NCBI RefSeq assembly: GCF_006345805.1
Contig: NC_043001.1
Span: forward strand, 22,134,001 to 22,198,000
DNA length: 64,000 nt
Reading direction: 5' to 3'
Source of the DNA: Octopus sinensis
Lineage: Eukaryota
This document shows positions 24,308-37,636 of the stretch, one piece after another. The position numbers and the translations under genes were made by a program. Below the pieces are notes generated by a model, which saw only the letters and a program-made list of their open reading frames with translations, did not search any database and had not been told where the DNA came from. Every line of letters starts with the position of its first letter. Position 1 is the stretch's first letter.

Positions 24308-24890
24308 AATACATAAGAGATGGCTATCACAGGACATCTGACTCGCTAGAAAGAGTAGTTAAACTACAAACCACTAAGAGTTTAACTACTCTTTCTAGCA
24401 AGTCAGATATCCTGTTATGGCCATCTCCTATGTGTTTATATGAATAATATATAGTCTATTGATTAGTTTTCTTCTCACTAGACCACTGGTAGCAAAAAAT
24501 GTTTCTCAGATTTTTTTTTTGCTACCCTAAGATTTATACATGTATGTATATATATATACGTACACAACAGGATTCTTTCAGTTTCCATCTACCAAATCCT
24601 TCAAAGGGTTTTGGTTAGCATGGCTGTATGGTAAGAAGCTTGCTCCCCAGCCACATGGTTTCAGGCTCAGTCCCACAGTATGGCACTGTAGAGAGGTGTC
24701 TGCTATAGCCTCAGGCTGACCAAAATCTTGGGAGTGGATTTGGTTGATGCAAACTGAAAGAAATCCTTCACATCTATATATGTGTGTGTTCGTATTACCA
24801 CCACTACCACTTGTCGATCAGTGTTGGTTTGTTTACTTCCCCATAACTTAACAGTATGGCAAAAGAGACAAATAAAATAAGTATCAGGCT
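23856..24890 (+). repeat. Left arm of long-range inverted duplication
   Basis: Reverse complement of 42475-43750, including non-repeat sequence gagaaggcagcagcaagcagtgtagtacaactgctgtcc. Confidence 0.95.
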
Positions 24891-25344
24891 TTGATTAAAA
24901 AAAAAAAGGTACTGGGCAGACAATTCATTCAACTAAAAATTCAAGGTGGTGCCCCAGCATGGCCATAGTCTAATAACTGAAACAAGTAAAAGATAAGACT
25001 GCTGGTAACAAACTAATTTTAAATAGTCTTGTGTCCAGTGAAAAGTAATTAGCATTTGTATAATTCTCAGAAATTATTAGCTTAAAAAAAATAATGAAAA
25101 TCTGAAGAGGTTAGTCTAATGGATGAGCTTAGACAAGAAAGTTTACAATCAAGAATAGATCCTATTGTAGTAGTAGTAGTAGTGGTAGTAATGTGATGGC
25201 ACAAAAGCAATTAAGTGTAGTATGGACAATGGGACAACATTTATAATTCTGGTTCTTTCATCTTGAAGCTTATACAAAGATTATTAATATTGACAATTCT
25301 ATAGCAAACATTATATATATATAATATAACATTTCCTCCAAGTA

Positions 25345-25697
<353 letters not shown>

Positions 25698-25977
25698 TCA
25701 TCATCATCGTTTAACATCCGCTTTCCATGCTAGCATGGGTTGGACGATTTGACTGAGGTCTGGCGAACCAGACTCCAATCTGATCTGGCAGAGTTTCTAC
25801 AGCTGGATGCCTTTCCTAACACCAACCACTCCGAGAGTGTAGTGGGTGCTTTTATGTGCCACCAGCATGAGGGCCAGTCAGGCGGTACTGGCAACGGCCA
25901 GGCTCAAATGGTGCTTTTTATTTTTATGTGCCACATGCACAGGAGCCAGTCCAGCAGCACTGGCAACGACCTCACTC
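25698..25977 (-). mobile_element. Retroposon family B (5'-truncated)
   Basis: (cat)n-cgtttaacatccgctttccatgctagc. Confidence 0.85.
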
Positions 25978-26678
25978 ACATACATACATTCTCATTTCCA
26001 TTAGACGAATACAGAAAGAGAAGAAGAGCCTTCCTTAGATGAACCTATAATGTAATTGTATAAAATATATGGATTAACTGAAACAAACTTTTGGTGGTTT
26101 TTAATTAGATTTTTCTTTTTTAAAATTTTAAATCAGGTAACTTATTTTTGAAATAATTTCAGCGCTTTTTTTTTGTTTTTACCCGTTTAATTACATGATT
26201 TTTATTAAGTGTTCTGCAATATATTCCATTAGTTTTTAAACAACTTATGATCGTTAAAACAAAATAGAAATCAATAGCTAGCTTGATAAAATTGATTTTA
26301 AACAAAGAACCAAAAAAGCCACTCCGTTTTTGTCAGCATCATTTTTTTAAGAGGTAATTGCTTCAAGATATCTTTAATTATCATAATCAAATGATAAAGC
26401 ACTCAACTGCAAAATAGAAAATATGATCCCCCCGCCACCAGTTCTCAATTCCCTGTACTCTAATCTCAAGTGGAACTGAAATGATGCAGAAAGGCTTTTT
26501 CCTAGATAAAAATCCAAACTCTTAAGCTTATTAAATAGGTTTGATATCAACCAGTGATTTTATGAAGTCGAATAAATAACACTATGAAGGGAAAAAAAAA
26601 TTATGATAAATGTTTCTTTTACATACTATCTCAATGAAATTTAACTTATCTGATAAATGCATAATTACTTAAGAAGCC

Positions 26679-26720
<42 letters not shown>

Positions 26721-26768
26721 GGAAAGGAAAAAAATACAACCCCACCATTTACTAATATATATATATAG

Positions 26769-27142
26769 GGCGCAGGAGTGGGTGTGTGGTAAGCAGCTTG
26801 CTTACCAACCACATGGTTCCGGGTTCAGTCCTTGGGCAAGTGTCTTCTACTATAGCATCGGGCTGACCAAAGCCTTGTGAGTGGATTTGGTAGACGGTAA
26901 CTGAAAGAAACCCGTCGTATATATGTATATGTATGTGTGTGCTTGTGTTTGTCCCCCACACCCAACAATGCTGGTGTGTTTACATCCCCATAACTTAGCA
27001 GTTCGCCAAAAGAGATCGATAAAATAAGTACTAAGCTTACAAAGAATAAGTCCTGGGGTTGATTTGCTTGACTAAAAGCGGTGCTCCAGCATGGCCGCAG
27101 TCAAATGTAACGAAACAAGTAAAAGAGTAAAAGAGTAAAGAG
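26769..27142 (+). mobile_element. SINE family A
   Basis: ggcgcaggagtgg...aagtaaaagagtaaaagag. Confidence 0.88.
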
Positions 27143-27950
27143 TATATATATATATATAATGATTTTCACATTCACTTTTCCTCTGCTAACATAAGTCAGA
27201 TGAAATTTGTTGAGACAGATTTTTTTTGGTTGGATGCCCTTCCTGTCACCAACCCTTATACATTTCTAATTAAGATAATGTTCTTCCATGGATAGGCATG
27301 TATTTGCAGAATGTTGGAACTGAATGACACTGCTTATATGAGTGACACTCATTTACAACTATCATGCAATGTCTACATTCACACACATATATATGCTTTA
27401 TGGTCTATCTTCTGGCTTTCTACAATCTGAGTTTAAATTTCACCTGGAGAAGGAAATGGGAAACTATTCCAGTATTCATCCAAAGTCTAGTGATGGATTT
27501 CTGTAATTCCAGTGGTCTTCTTAACGATAGGAAGGGAGGGTATGGGCCTTCCTAGGTCATATAGAGAGTGCTGGAGAAGCTTAACATTCACAGGACCTGC
27601 CCACTAACATGCATAGACCACCACTAGACTCTAGATTTTTGTGTGCAGCTTGACACTTGTCAGTGGCCCAGTGGTTGGTCACCCTTGCTTTATATTATAT
27701 CCGAATTTGTTTGGGCCAAAGAAAAAGTTGAATACCAGTGGTATTTCTAAATTTGGAGCAAAATCCATGGTTTTGAATGCTTATAAAAAGTATGCCCAAG
27801 TTAAATAGGTGAAAAAAGGGACTTAACTAATGTGAATTGTGAATATGTTTTGAAGTAAAAAAAGAAAAGAAAAAACCTTTTGTTTTAAAATCATTTTTCT
27901 TTCCTCAAAAAACTAAGGTGATTAAGGAAATATTAAAATAGTTCCTCTAA

Positions 27951-28169
27951 CTCTTGATACCAGCCCGGCCAAAACCACCTCTGGCTTTGTAGTACAAATG
28001 TCTTGTTTTCATAAGTTTTGAATTAAAATCTTCCACCAAACCTTAGTCACAATTTATGTCCCTAACAGTAGCTGAATGATAATTAAGTTATTTTATTAAA
28101 TTCTTTGTTATATTTAAAGTAATTGTATAAAACACAGAGCATCTCAAAATAAATACGGTAACGAAAGGG
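27951..28169 (-). mobile_element. piggyBac-type MITE family 1
   Basis: Reverse complement of 5993-6213; ends gtaacgaaaggg|TTAA. Confidence 0.85.
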
Positions 28170-28857
28170 TTAAAAGGAGTTTCAAGAAATATACATTTAC
28201 ATTAGATACTAACTGAAATATCTACACATTTACTAGAAGACTTATTTTCCCTTAACGTTTTTTCTTTTTTAAATCCTACTTGACAAACCCTAGAGATTTT
28301 CTAAGTAAAACAAAAAATAATCCTAGATAATTTCATAGTTCTATTAAATTAAGTGGGGACACTCCAGTAATTAATATAATGAAGGAAGGAAACCATTAAT
28401 ATATACAACTGATAATAACTAAGATACCTCCTAAAATCAAACTTGGAACCAGAGACATAATGATAAGATTTAAGATAGTCTTTAATAGCTAATACAACCA
28501 TGGTGTAATTTTATTCCAAAGAACGCTGTAACCATTAATATAAGAAATTTCAGATCAACATGCTACATAATGGCAGATATTTTAGATACTGATTAACAAT
28601 TACAAAATATTGAAATGAAGCCTTAATGTTAATTAGTTTATTTTACATAGTAATAAAAAATAGAATTTATTAGATATAGTTGGTCTAAGAGAAAGACAAT
28701 TACATTAGTTAGAGAACTAAAAAAATAAAAAAGCTTAAGTGATTTAGCTTAAAAAAATTTCACTTCATAATTATCATCATCGTTTAACACCCGCTTTCCA
28801 TGCTAGTATGGATTGGACGATTTGACCGAGGGCTGGCGAACCAGATGGCTGCACAGG

Positions 28858-29222
28858 CATTTGACTGTGGCCATGCCGGAGCACCGCCTTTAGTCAAGCA
28901 AATCGACCCCAGGTCTTATTCTTTGTAAGCCTAGTACTTATTCTATTGGTCTCTTTTGCCGAACTGCTAAGTTACGGGGATGTAAACACACCAGCACTGG
29001 TTGTCAAGCGATGTTGAGGGGGGGACAAACACAGGCACACAAACATACACACACATATACAACGGGCTTCTTTCAGTTTCCGTCTACCAAATCCACTCGC
29101 AAGGCTTTGGACGGCCCAAGGCTATAGTAGAAGACACTTGCCCAAGGTGCCACACAGTAGGACTGAACCCAGAACCAGGTGGTTGGTAAGCAAGCTACTT
29201 GCCACACAGCCACTCCTACGCC
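28858..29222 (-). mobile_element. SINE family A, joined to a family B tail fragment (28774-28856)
   Basis: Reverse complement of family A consensus. Confidence 0.88.
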
Positions 29223-29748
29223 TAAAAAAACAAAACAAAACAAAACCCAATAAATCTATGCTTTCAAATGAAAGTTCCTTGTAACTCTTGACCATAAATG
29301 AAGTGAACAAATGCTTATCCTATTAAAAAAATCTATACCTAACAACACTACAGTTCACTAAAAGTGATTAAAAGAAACAGAATATGTATGTAGATGGGGA
29401 TTGCATAACCCATAAGTGTGATATCCCACAGCCACGGCAGTAGTTATTAATGAAGCTAATTTCTGCTTTGGCTATCTGAAACAAATGTCAAATCCTTGCC
29501 ACTTCATTAGCCCAAAGCATTCAGATTACTCTGTCAAAAGTAATACTTATTTATTCACATTGATTTGTATTAATCTTGTATTATCTCAGCTGCAAGATTT
29601 CAATGATGTAATTGTATATTTCTTTTATAATGACATAAGATAGACGTGAGAGGCTAGATCTGTTCATTTTTAACATAAACAGGTCAGATATGGCTGGTTT
29701 AAATACTAAAGAGTTATACAGTTCTATATTTAAGAGATGAGGAATTAC

Positions 29749-29895
29749 GTACATTATTTACATTTGACGGATGTTTGTCCTCACCTTGTTTGTTGTTAAC
29801 ACAACGTTTCGGCTGAGATACCCTCCAGCCTTCATCAGGTGTCTTGGGGAAATTTCGAACCTTGGTTCTCATTCCTAAGGTATTTTTCAATGTTG

Positions 29896-29931
<36 letters not shown>

Positions 29932-29995
29932 TCACTGCCTGAATCAAACTCAGAATCTTGGGGTTAGTAGCCTGTGCTCTTAACCACTACACCAC

Positions 29996-30032
<37 letters not shown>

Positions 30033-30192
30033 GCAACAACATTGAAAAATACCTTAGGAATGAGAACACAGGTTCGAAATTTCCCCAAGACACTTGAAGA
30101 AGGCTGGAGGGTATATCAGCTGAAATGTTGTGTTAACAAGAAACAAGATGAGGACAAATATCCATCAAATGTAAATAATATAAATAATGTAC
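29749..30192. mobile_element. Fold-back Penelope-like element with a tRNA-like central loop
   Basis: ~175-bp inverted arms ending in (TTA)n/(TAA)n; loop on minus strand gtggtgtagtggttaagagcacaggctactaaccccaagattctgagtttgattc has A/B-box-like sequence. Confidence 0.8.
29798..29843 (-). ncRNA. Minimal type I hammerhead ribozyme motif
   Basis: gacac-CUGAUGA-a-ggcug-gaggguaucu-cagcc-GAA-ACGU-U-guguu: helix I gacac/guguu, helix II ggcug/cagcc, palindromic ACGU in place of helix III. Confidence 0.65.
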
Positions 30193-30623
30193 TAAAGGGT
30201 CAGTATGTGAATTCTCATTCATAGTAATATTAATATGGACTGGTGAAATATTTGTTTCTAAAGATGAGTTTCTTTATTTAAAATCAGTTGGTAAATCACT
30301 ATTATATGCATCGGTATTTAACGTCCATGTTGACATGAGTTAGATGCTTTGAAAGGATCTGATGGGCCCAAGGACTGCATGGTGTTCCACTGTCGGTTTT
30401 GGCATGGTTTCTACAGTCGGATGCACTCTTTAATGCCAACCACTATACAGTGTGCACTGGGCACTTTTATTCATGCCACCAGTACTACTGAGGTTACCAT
30501 ATAACTTGCAAGACTACAAACCCTGAAGGAGGGTGTGTGCAATTTTATGCTAGGGAATGAAAATGAGAGAAAGGAAGAGACATGCACACACACACACACA
30601 CACACACACAGGGAATCTCTAAA

Positions 30624-31034
30624 TCATCATCATCATCATTTAATGCCTGCTTTCCATACTAGCATGGGTTTGACGATTTGACTGAGGACTGGTGAATTAG
30701 ATGGCTGCACCAGACTCCAATCTTGATCTGGTAGAGTTTCTACAGCTGGATGCCCTTCCTAATGGCAACCACTCCGAGAGTGTAGTGGGTGCTTTTACTT
30801 GCCACCGGCACGAGGGCCAGTCAGGCGGTACTGGCAACGGCCACACTCAAATGGTGTTTTTTACGTGCCACCGGCACAGGGGCCAGTCCAGCGGCACTAG
30901 CAATGACCTCACTCGAATGTTTCTTTCACGTGCCACCGGTACAAGTGCCAGTAAGGCGACGCTGGTAACGATCATGTTCAAATGGTGCTTTTTACGTGCC
31001 ACCGGTACAGAAGCCAATTAGCTGCTCTGGCAAC
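30624..31034 (-). mobile_element. Retroposon family B
   Basis: (cat)n end plus about 4 internal tgccaccggcac units. Confidence 0.85.
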
Positions 31035-31750
31035 ATATATATGAATATAATCCGTTCTAGAGACCTGTTTGTTAAGCAAACTGTTCTTTACCTGAATAAT
31101 TGATATGCAAATACAGGGATAATCCATTCCAATCACACACTCCACATAAAGGTAAGAAATGATGTTATTCCATCCATCAATAACAACTACATAAATGTGT
31201 GTGTGTGTGTGTGTGTGTGTGCTCCCCCCCCCCTTTGTCTTGCTTCTGCTGAGCTATTACATTTTCAGGTTACATTTTCAGAAAAAAAATTTTTTTTTTT
31301 TAACATGAAATAGAAAATTTGAAAGCTACACGAAATGCTTGCATGGATGTAAAATTGTTCTTCAAATGTCAGCTCTTGACAGAATATAATTTTCTTCAGA
31401 ACAACTGTTTGCTAAACAACTTGTTCATTTCGTGTCCCATTTGTATATAAGCTCTCCCAGCACTTATAATGCAAGTGCGTAGTTTACTAATGGTTTGTTA
31501 TTAAAATTTCAAATTGTGAAAATGAATGGGTTCCCAGTCATTTTCGTGTATGCATAGTCTGTTGGCACTTCACTGACCAAATTTCAGCTCATTATGCTAG
31601 TTTAGTTTTTCCTTTTCAGAAAAAGTCATTTGTTATTCAATGTGTTTATTTACAGAACCACTTGTACATTAGTACCCACATTGTGTATGTAAATACATAC
31701 ACACACATATATACATGCAAGCACACAGCCACATGCATGCATGCACGTAC

Positions 31751-31790
<40 letters not shown>

Positions 31791-31946
31791 TGTGTGTGTA
31801 CACACAAGTGAGTGAAGAAACAAAAAATGCATCCAACACATTTGGTAGGAGTTACATACTCTTAATAAGTTTGATTCAGCTCTGCATTACTTGAAGTTTC
31901 ATGAGCAAGTAGAACACAGCCATTTCATCAGATCCTAACAACATAT

Positions 31947-32348
31947 AGGCGCAGGAGTGGCTGTGTGGGAAGTAGCTTGCTTACCAACCACATGGTTCTG
32001 GGTTCAGTCCCACTGCATGGCACCTTGGGCAAATGTCTTCTACTATAGACTCGGGCCAACCAAAGCCTTGTGAGTGGATTTGGTAGACGGAAACTGAAAG
32101 AAGCCCATCATATATATATATTTATTATGTGTGTGTGTGTGTGTGTCTGTGTTTGTCTCCCCAACATCGCTTGACAACTGATGCTGGTGTGTTTACGTCC
32201 CCGTAACTTAGCAGTTCGGCAAAAGAGACCGATAGAATAAGTACTAGGCTTACAAAGAATAAGTCCTGGGATCGATTTGCTCGACTAAAAGTGGTGTTCC
32301 AGCATGGCCGCAGTCAAATGACTGAAACAAGTAAAAGAGTAAAAGAGC
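31947..32348 (+). mobile_element. SINE family A (full length)
   Basis: Matches family A consensus. Confidence 0.9.
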
Positions 32349-32813
32349 ATAAAAACCAGATGTGATGATGACAGTGGCAACGGCTGTGGCGTTGCCAATG
32401 ACAACAAAGACAGAGGGGGTGATGACAGGAGTTGTAATAATGGTGATGACAACAGCAATCTATCTTCAGAAACTTGACAACACTATCTATTAGCAAGCAT
32501 TAGTGTCTTAAGAAAATTCATTATAATTACTTTGTTTCTAAGACTTTTGGAGGATGTTCAGCCATTTGATATCAAAAGCGAATAGAATTAGCAAGTAATT
32601 ATCAAGCTCAGATGAAAATAAGATGAATTAGATTAGCTAGTAAAAAGGATAAATTAAATAAATGCTTTTCCTTCTAATTAAGTTTTGACTTACAGTATAG
32701 GTATCACTAACAACACTGAATCTCTTGCTAATACATTTTAATGAAGAATTTAATTTTGAATTCATTCAGCAGAATGGACAGTAAATATTCATGTGGTAGA
32801 ATATTTTTTTTTT

Positions 32814-33040
32814 TACTCTCTTTTACTCTTTTACTTGTTTCAGTCATTTGACTGCGGCCATGCTGGAGCACCGCCTTTAGTCGAGCAAATCGACCCCAGG
32901 ACTTATTCTTTGTAAGCCTAGCACTTATTCTATTGGTCTCTTTTGCCGAACTGCTAAGTTACGGGGACGTAAACACACCAGCATCAGTTGTGAAGTGATG
33001 TTGGGGGGACAAACACAGACACACAAACATACACACACAA
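32814..33040 (-). mobile_element. SINE family A (3' half)
   Basis: Reverse complement of family A tail. Confidence 0.85.
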
Positions 33041-33262
33041 AGATATATATATATATATATATCACAATATCACATTTTAAACTTTAGAAAAGTCTTGCAT
33101 ATTTCTATTGTTCCACTTAGAGACTATATTTATCCTATGTGAGTTAGTTGGTCGATTTCTTTTCCTGAAAACCCTAGCTTATCCAGATTGTCACTAGGCA
33201 TTTACTCAAAAACCAAGTGCACCAATTATTGGTATAAAGGTGAATTTCTAATCTGGATATAT

Positions 33263-33422
33263 ATTTCTTTACTACCCACAAGGGGCCAAACACAGAGGGG
33301 ACAAACAAGGACAGACAAGCGGATTAAGTCGATTACATCAACCCCAGTGCGTAACTGGTACTTATTTAATCGACCCCGAAAGGATGAAAGGCAAAGTCGA
33401 CCTCGGCGGAATTTGAACTCAG
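33263..33422 (-). mobile_element. SINE family C (5'-truncated)
   Basis: cgaccccgaaaggatgaaaggcaaagtcgacctcggcggaatttgaactc. Confidence 0.85.
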
Positions 33423-33974
33423 GAGGCATTGTCCATAGTTGTTCTCTTTCTCTTTGATTTACAATGAGATATCCACATCAGCAGGACAGCTGTCTGTCCC
33501 AAACAGTTAACAGTCTGGTATTATTCCAGTTTAACATAGTGATGCTCATAAAGAAGAACTTCCAGTACAATCTTGAAATCACCCATCATGAACAGATGCA
33601 TTGATTTATCTAACTTTTATTTATTTCAAGTTTCAACAAACATCAAAGTTACACAGGAAATATCTAAAATCTTTCAACAGATAAAGTTTATTAATATTGA
33701 ATTGATTCCACACAGCAGACCGACAATTCACACAACAAAAAAAACTTGAATGAAAATATGATACTTTACTGATGATCCAAATTTCCACTGTCTCAGATAT
33801 ATGATCTGATATTAATTTCTTTGTCTTTGGTTACTTCCTGATATAATTATCTTTCTTATTGAAATAATGCCCCCAAAATATATCTTATGTCAATCGTTTC
33901 ATTATAGGCTTTTTTTTTAAATAGCCATCTTTGTTTCATAATAAATAAATAAATGCATGCACACATGCACGTAC

Positions 33975-34362
33975 ACACACTGTTGATAGGCTAGTTACTG
34001 CAGTGCTTATCTAAGATAGCAGCTCTTATGGATGTCTGTATGATACATAGATGATTAATTTAATAGTTTCAATTGCATATATTGGATTTTTATTCAGCCA
34101 GGCAGCTATTTGCAACATCAGTGAATGTTTTATTTACACTTCCTATACCAGTGGTAACAAATTCTTGACTGAGCATGTAGCTAGCTGCAAGTATGTGCCA
34201 TTGAAAAGTAACCCCCACCCCAGGCTGAAATGCATTTAGTGTTCTTGCTGGCCACTGTTGGAACAAATTTCCATCTCCCTTTGATATTGCGTTATCACAG
34301 CAAGTCAATAACAGATGTGATATCCGAGCAAATACTGCAGTAATGGCCAATCAACAGTGTGT
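33975..34362. mobile_element. Candidate TIR element (~30-bp imperfect inverted termini)
   Basis: acacactgttgataggctagttactgcagtg / tactgcagtaatggccaatcaacagtgtgt. Confidence 0.5.
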
Positions 34363-36907
34363 ATACATAAAGTATGATACATAGATGGCTATCTTAATTT
34401 AATACTCCCTCAATTGCATATACTAGATGCATTTCTTTTTCTAGAAGTTTTTTTTCCCTCAGGTCAAGAATATACATTTAAGTGGTTTATCGTTTGCTTT
34501 TATAGTAAATTTTACATAAATTAACTATCCATCTAGTCCATAATAGAAATTTTTTAAAATTTCTATATATATCCATAGCAATATTTCATTCACTTTTTAT
34601 TTAGCTAGTCTAATTCATCTTATTCTTATCTGAGTCTGATAATTACTCACTTATTCTATTCATCTTAGATATTAAATGGCTCAGCATCCTGCAAAAATCT
34701 TAGAAGCAAAGTAATTATTAGGGATTGTAGCTTTTTTGTCTTCTCACAGCTAAATAGTTTCTATACTAATTTTCAAGCATGGGTGCATCAGTGAGATGTT
34801 TGCTTTCCAACCACATGGTTTCTGGTTCAGTTCCATTGAATGTCACCTTGGAGGAGTGTCTTTTACCATAGCCTTATGCTGGCCAAAGCCTTGTGACTGG
34901 ATTTGGTGAACAGAAATAAAAACATTTGTGCATGCATAAATGCATGTATCAGTATGTTTGCATATGTTTTTGCCTTCCAAATGTAGCTTGATAATTGTAA
35001 AGGAGTGTCACTATCATACAGTGTCTTGTTGCCAATCTTTTATGAAAGTATACATCGGGTCATGTAGAAATATTAGCCTGCTTAAAACGAAATGAGAGTT
35101 GGCAACAGGAAGAGCATCCAGCTGTAGAAAATTTGCCTCAATGAATTCCATTTAACTCATGCAAGCATGGGAAAGTGAACATTAAAAGAATGATAACCAA
35201 AGACAATATAATTAAGTACAGGCAGTAACCAATCGAACTAGATGTTTTATTGAAGACAAAGCTTGCTGCGATGATATTCATTCTTCTTAAGATTCATAAA
35301 AATCAGTCTAGCAATATATCCAATTCAATTCAAAAATGAGTTTCCCAAGCCAAAATGATCTGATAATGTTTGGCACTGAAGCAAGATGACTCACAATCAA
35401 GAGGAGTGATCACATGCTATGCTACAATTCCAAACCATCCATGTTGCCTTAGTAAAATAGTTGTTAAAAATAATAAGATTTCTAGTTAGAAAATTCAATT
35501 ATTTTAGAGTTAACAGTAGCAGAAGAATTGCTGTGCTCTCATATGGGAGGAATTTCTTTGATACATTTTAAAGGAAATATTGATTTAAACGCTTCTGTTA
35601 TGGGTGGAATCATTATTATTAGATACGTAATATTTATTAAACTGACTCAAGAGAGGGGAAAACCCCTGTGCACTCAATACGATAAAATGGAGCATCTTTG
35701 AAAGATACAAGGAAACATTGCTACTTACAAATCTGATTCCATATATATCTGATCAATATAATAGCAATCAAAATTATATCAATCCTCTATCATTAGACAT
35801 GTAAACCTACAGGTAATTATTGTTTGTTTGGCTCGTTTGCAAAGTAAAAATACAAGCGAAGTAGCAAATTTAATCACATTTCTACTCGCACAGCAATATT
35901 CAGAGATGATGAATAAATAAGAAAAATAAATGATTAGATAAGCTAGTTCTGTGCCATAATGAATTAGTAAATGGTAAATATTTATCAATATGGCCAATCT
36001 CCAAAAGAGACTCCTCTAATCTTTTAATAAATTGGTTTGCATAATGCACACAAGCTATCAACCTGATGAACTGTAATAATCTAAAGCTTTCTTTTTTCGA
36101 AAAAAAAAAAAAAATTTCTTTAAGCACCAACATTGTGTTTCCAGTCAATAACCTTTACTTGACTCAGGAAACTAAAATTTTGACCCACTGTGTTTTTTTA
36201 TATTTAATAATTTAATAATCATGATCTCGTGTCTGGCTATTTGATGTTACATTTAAATTATTAGTAACCAAGAGAAAGAAAAAAAAAGCTCATTAACATA
36301 ATCTCCTGACTGTGTGTATTATTGACCAAATGGTACATTCTATGATGAGTCACAGACAACCACATGAAGTCTGCACACGATCTTTGAGACAATTCTATAG
36401 AGTCCTGTTCTTTTATTGAAATTTCATTATCTAAAATATAAAAGCTATAACCATTAACTTGCAACTAAACATATTACATAATGTTTCAGAGAATATTCAG
36501 TATTGCATACTGATGAAGCATGAAGTTAAACAGTATTTGCATATATATTTCAGAAAGTTATTTTCTATTACACTGTGTTTTATGTCTTCCACTTAAGTTA
36601 ACATGATAAACATATCCTGTCAGTTCAGTTGAGACTAATGTAAATCTCTGTATAACAATGGCTGATGTAAATGTTGGTTGATTGGTCTTTGCAGTTCATG
36701 ATTTAAATAATATCGAGGAGGAAGAGAGAGTAAAAGAGACACGTAAAGAAAGAGATGGCATAAGGAGTGCAGGGTGAAGCTTGGCGACACACCATGAGTA
36801 AAAGAACATACGCAGTGTGAGTGAGAGAAAAAGAATCAGAGTGACAGAGGAGGAGAAGGGGTAAAGAACAGATGAGTTATGGGAGAAGTTAGACAAAGGC
36901 ATATCAA

Positions 36908-37278
36908 CTACATGGTTCTGGGTTCAGTCCCACTGCGTGGCACCTTGGGCAAGTGTCTTCTACTATAGCGTCGAGCTGACCAAAGCCTTGTGAATGGATT
37001 TGGTAGGCAGAAACTGAAAGAAGCCCGTCGTATATATATATATGTATGTATGTATGTATGTGTGTGTGTGTGTGTATATGTTTGTGTGTCTGCGTTTGTC
37101 CCACCAACATCATTTGACAACCAATGCTGGTGTGTTTACGTCCTCGTAACTTAGCAGTTCGGCTAAAAGAGTCCGATAGAATAAGTACTAGGCTTACAAA
37201 GAATAAGTCTTGGAGTTGATTTGCTCGACTAAAGGCAGTACTCCAGCATGGCCACAGTCAAATGACTGAAAGAAGTAA
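36908..37278 (+). mobile_element. SINE family A; inverted 5' half follows at 37330-37490
   Basis: Matches family A consensus. Confidence 0.87.
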
Positions 37279-37636
37279 TTTGACTGTGGACACACACACA
37301 CACACACATATATATATACACACACACACACGATGAGATTCTTTCAGTTTCCGTCTACCAAATCCACTCACAAGGCTTTGGCCAGCTCGGAGCTATAATA
37401 GAAGACACTTGCCCAAGGTGCCACAAAGTGGGAATGAACCTGGAACCATGTGGTTGGTAAGCAAGCTACTTACCACACAGCCACTCCTGCAAACCCCTAA
37501 TTACCTCACCAAGGAAACAAAGAAAAAGAAACAAAAACAGGGGGGAAGACTAAGAAGCAGATGGGTGGTGGTGGAGAGAAGGAGTAATGGGTTGTACACC
37601 TCAGAACAAATGGAGTATTTAGCTGTGCCTTGCAGA

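Noticed and set aside
24020-24316. Near-identical ORFs at 24020 (+) and 43303-43587 (-) suggesting a duplicated gene
   Set aside because: Mostly antisense SINE sequence inside the inverted duplication; no splice or codon evidence
29928-29995. tRNA gene (also SINE heads at ~1200-1278 and ~53770-53848)
   Set aside because: A/B boxes present but no complete cloverleaf or acceptor stem; these are SINE heads
32694-32765. Possible first tetraspanin exon (MNSKLNSSLKCISKRFSVVSDTYT|gtaagt, minus strand)
   Set aside because: Lacks the hydrophobic TM1 pattern (K..L...N..FW) expected before the 13107 exon
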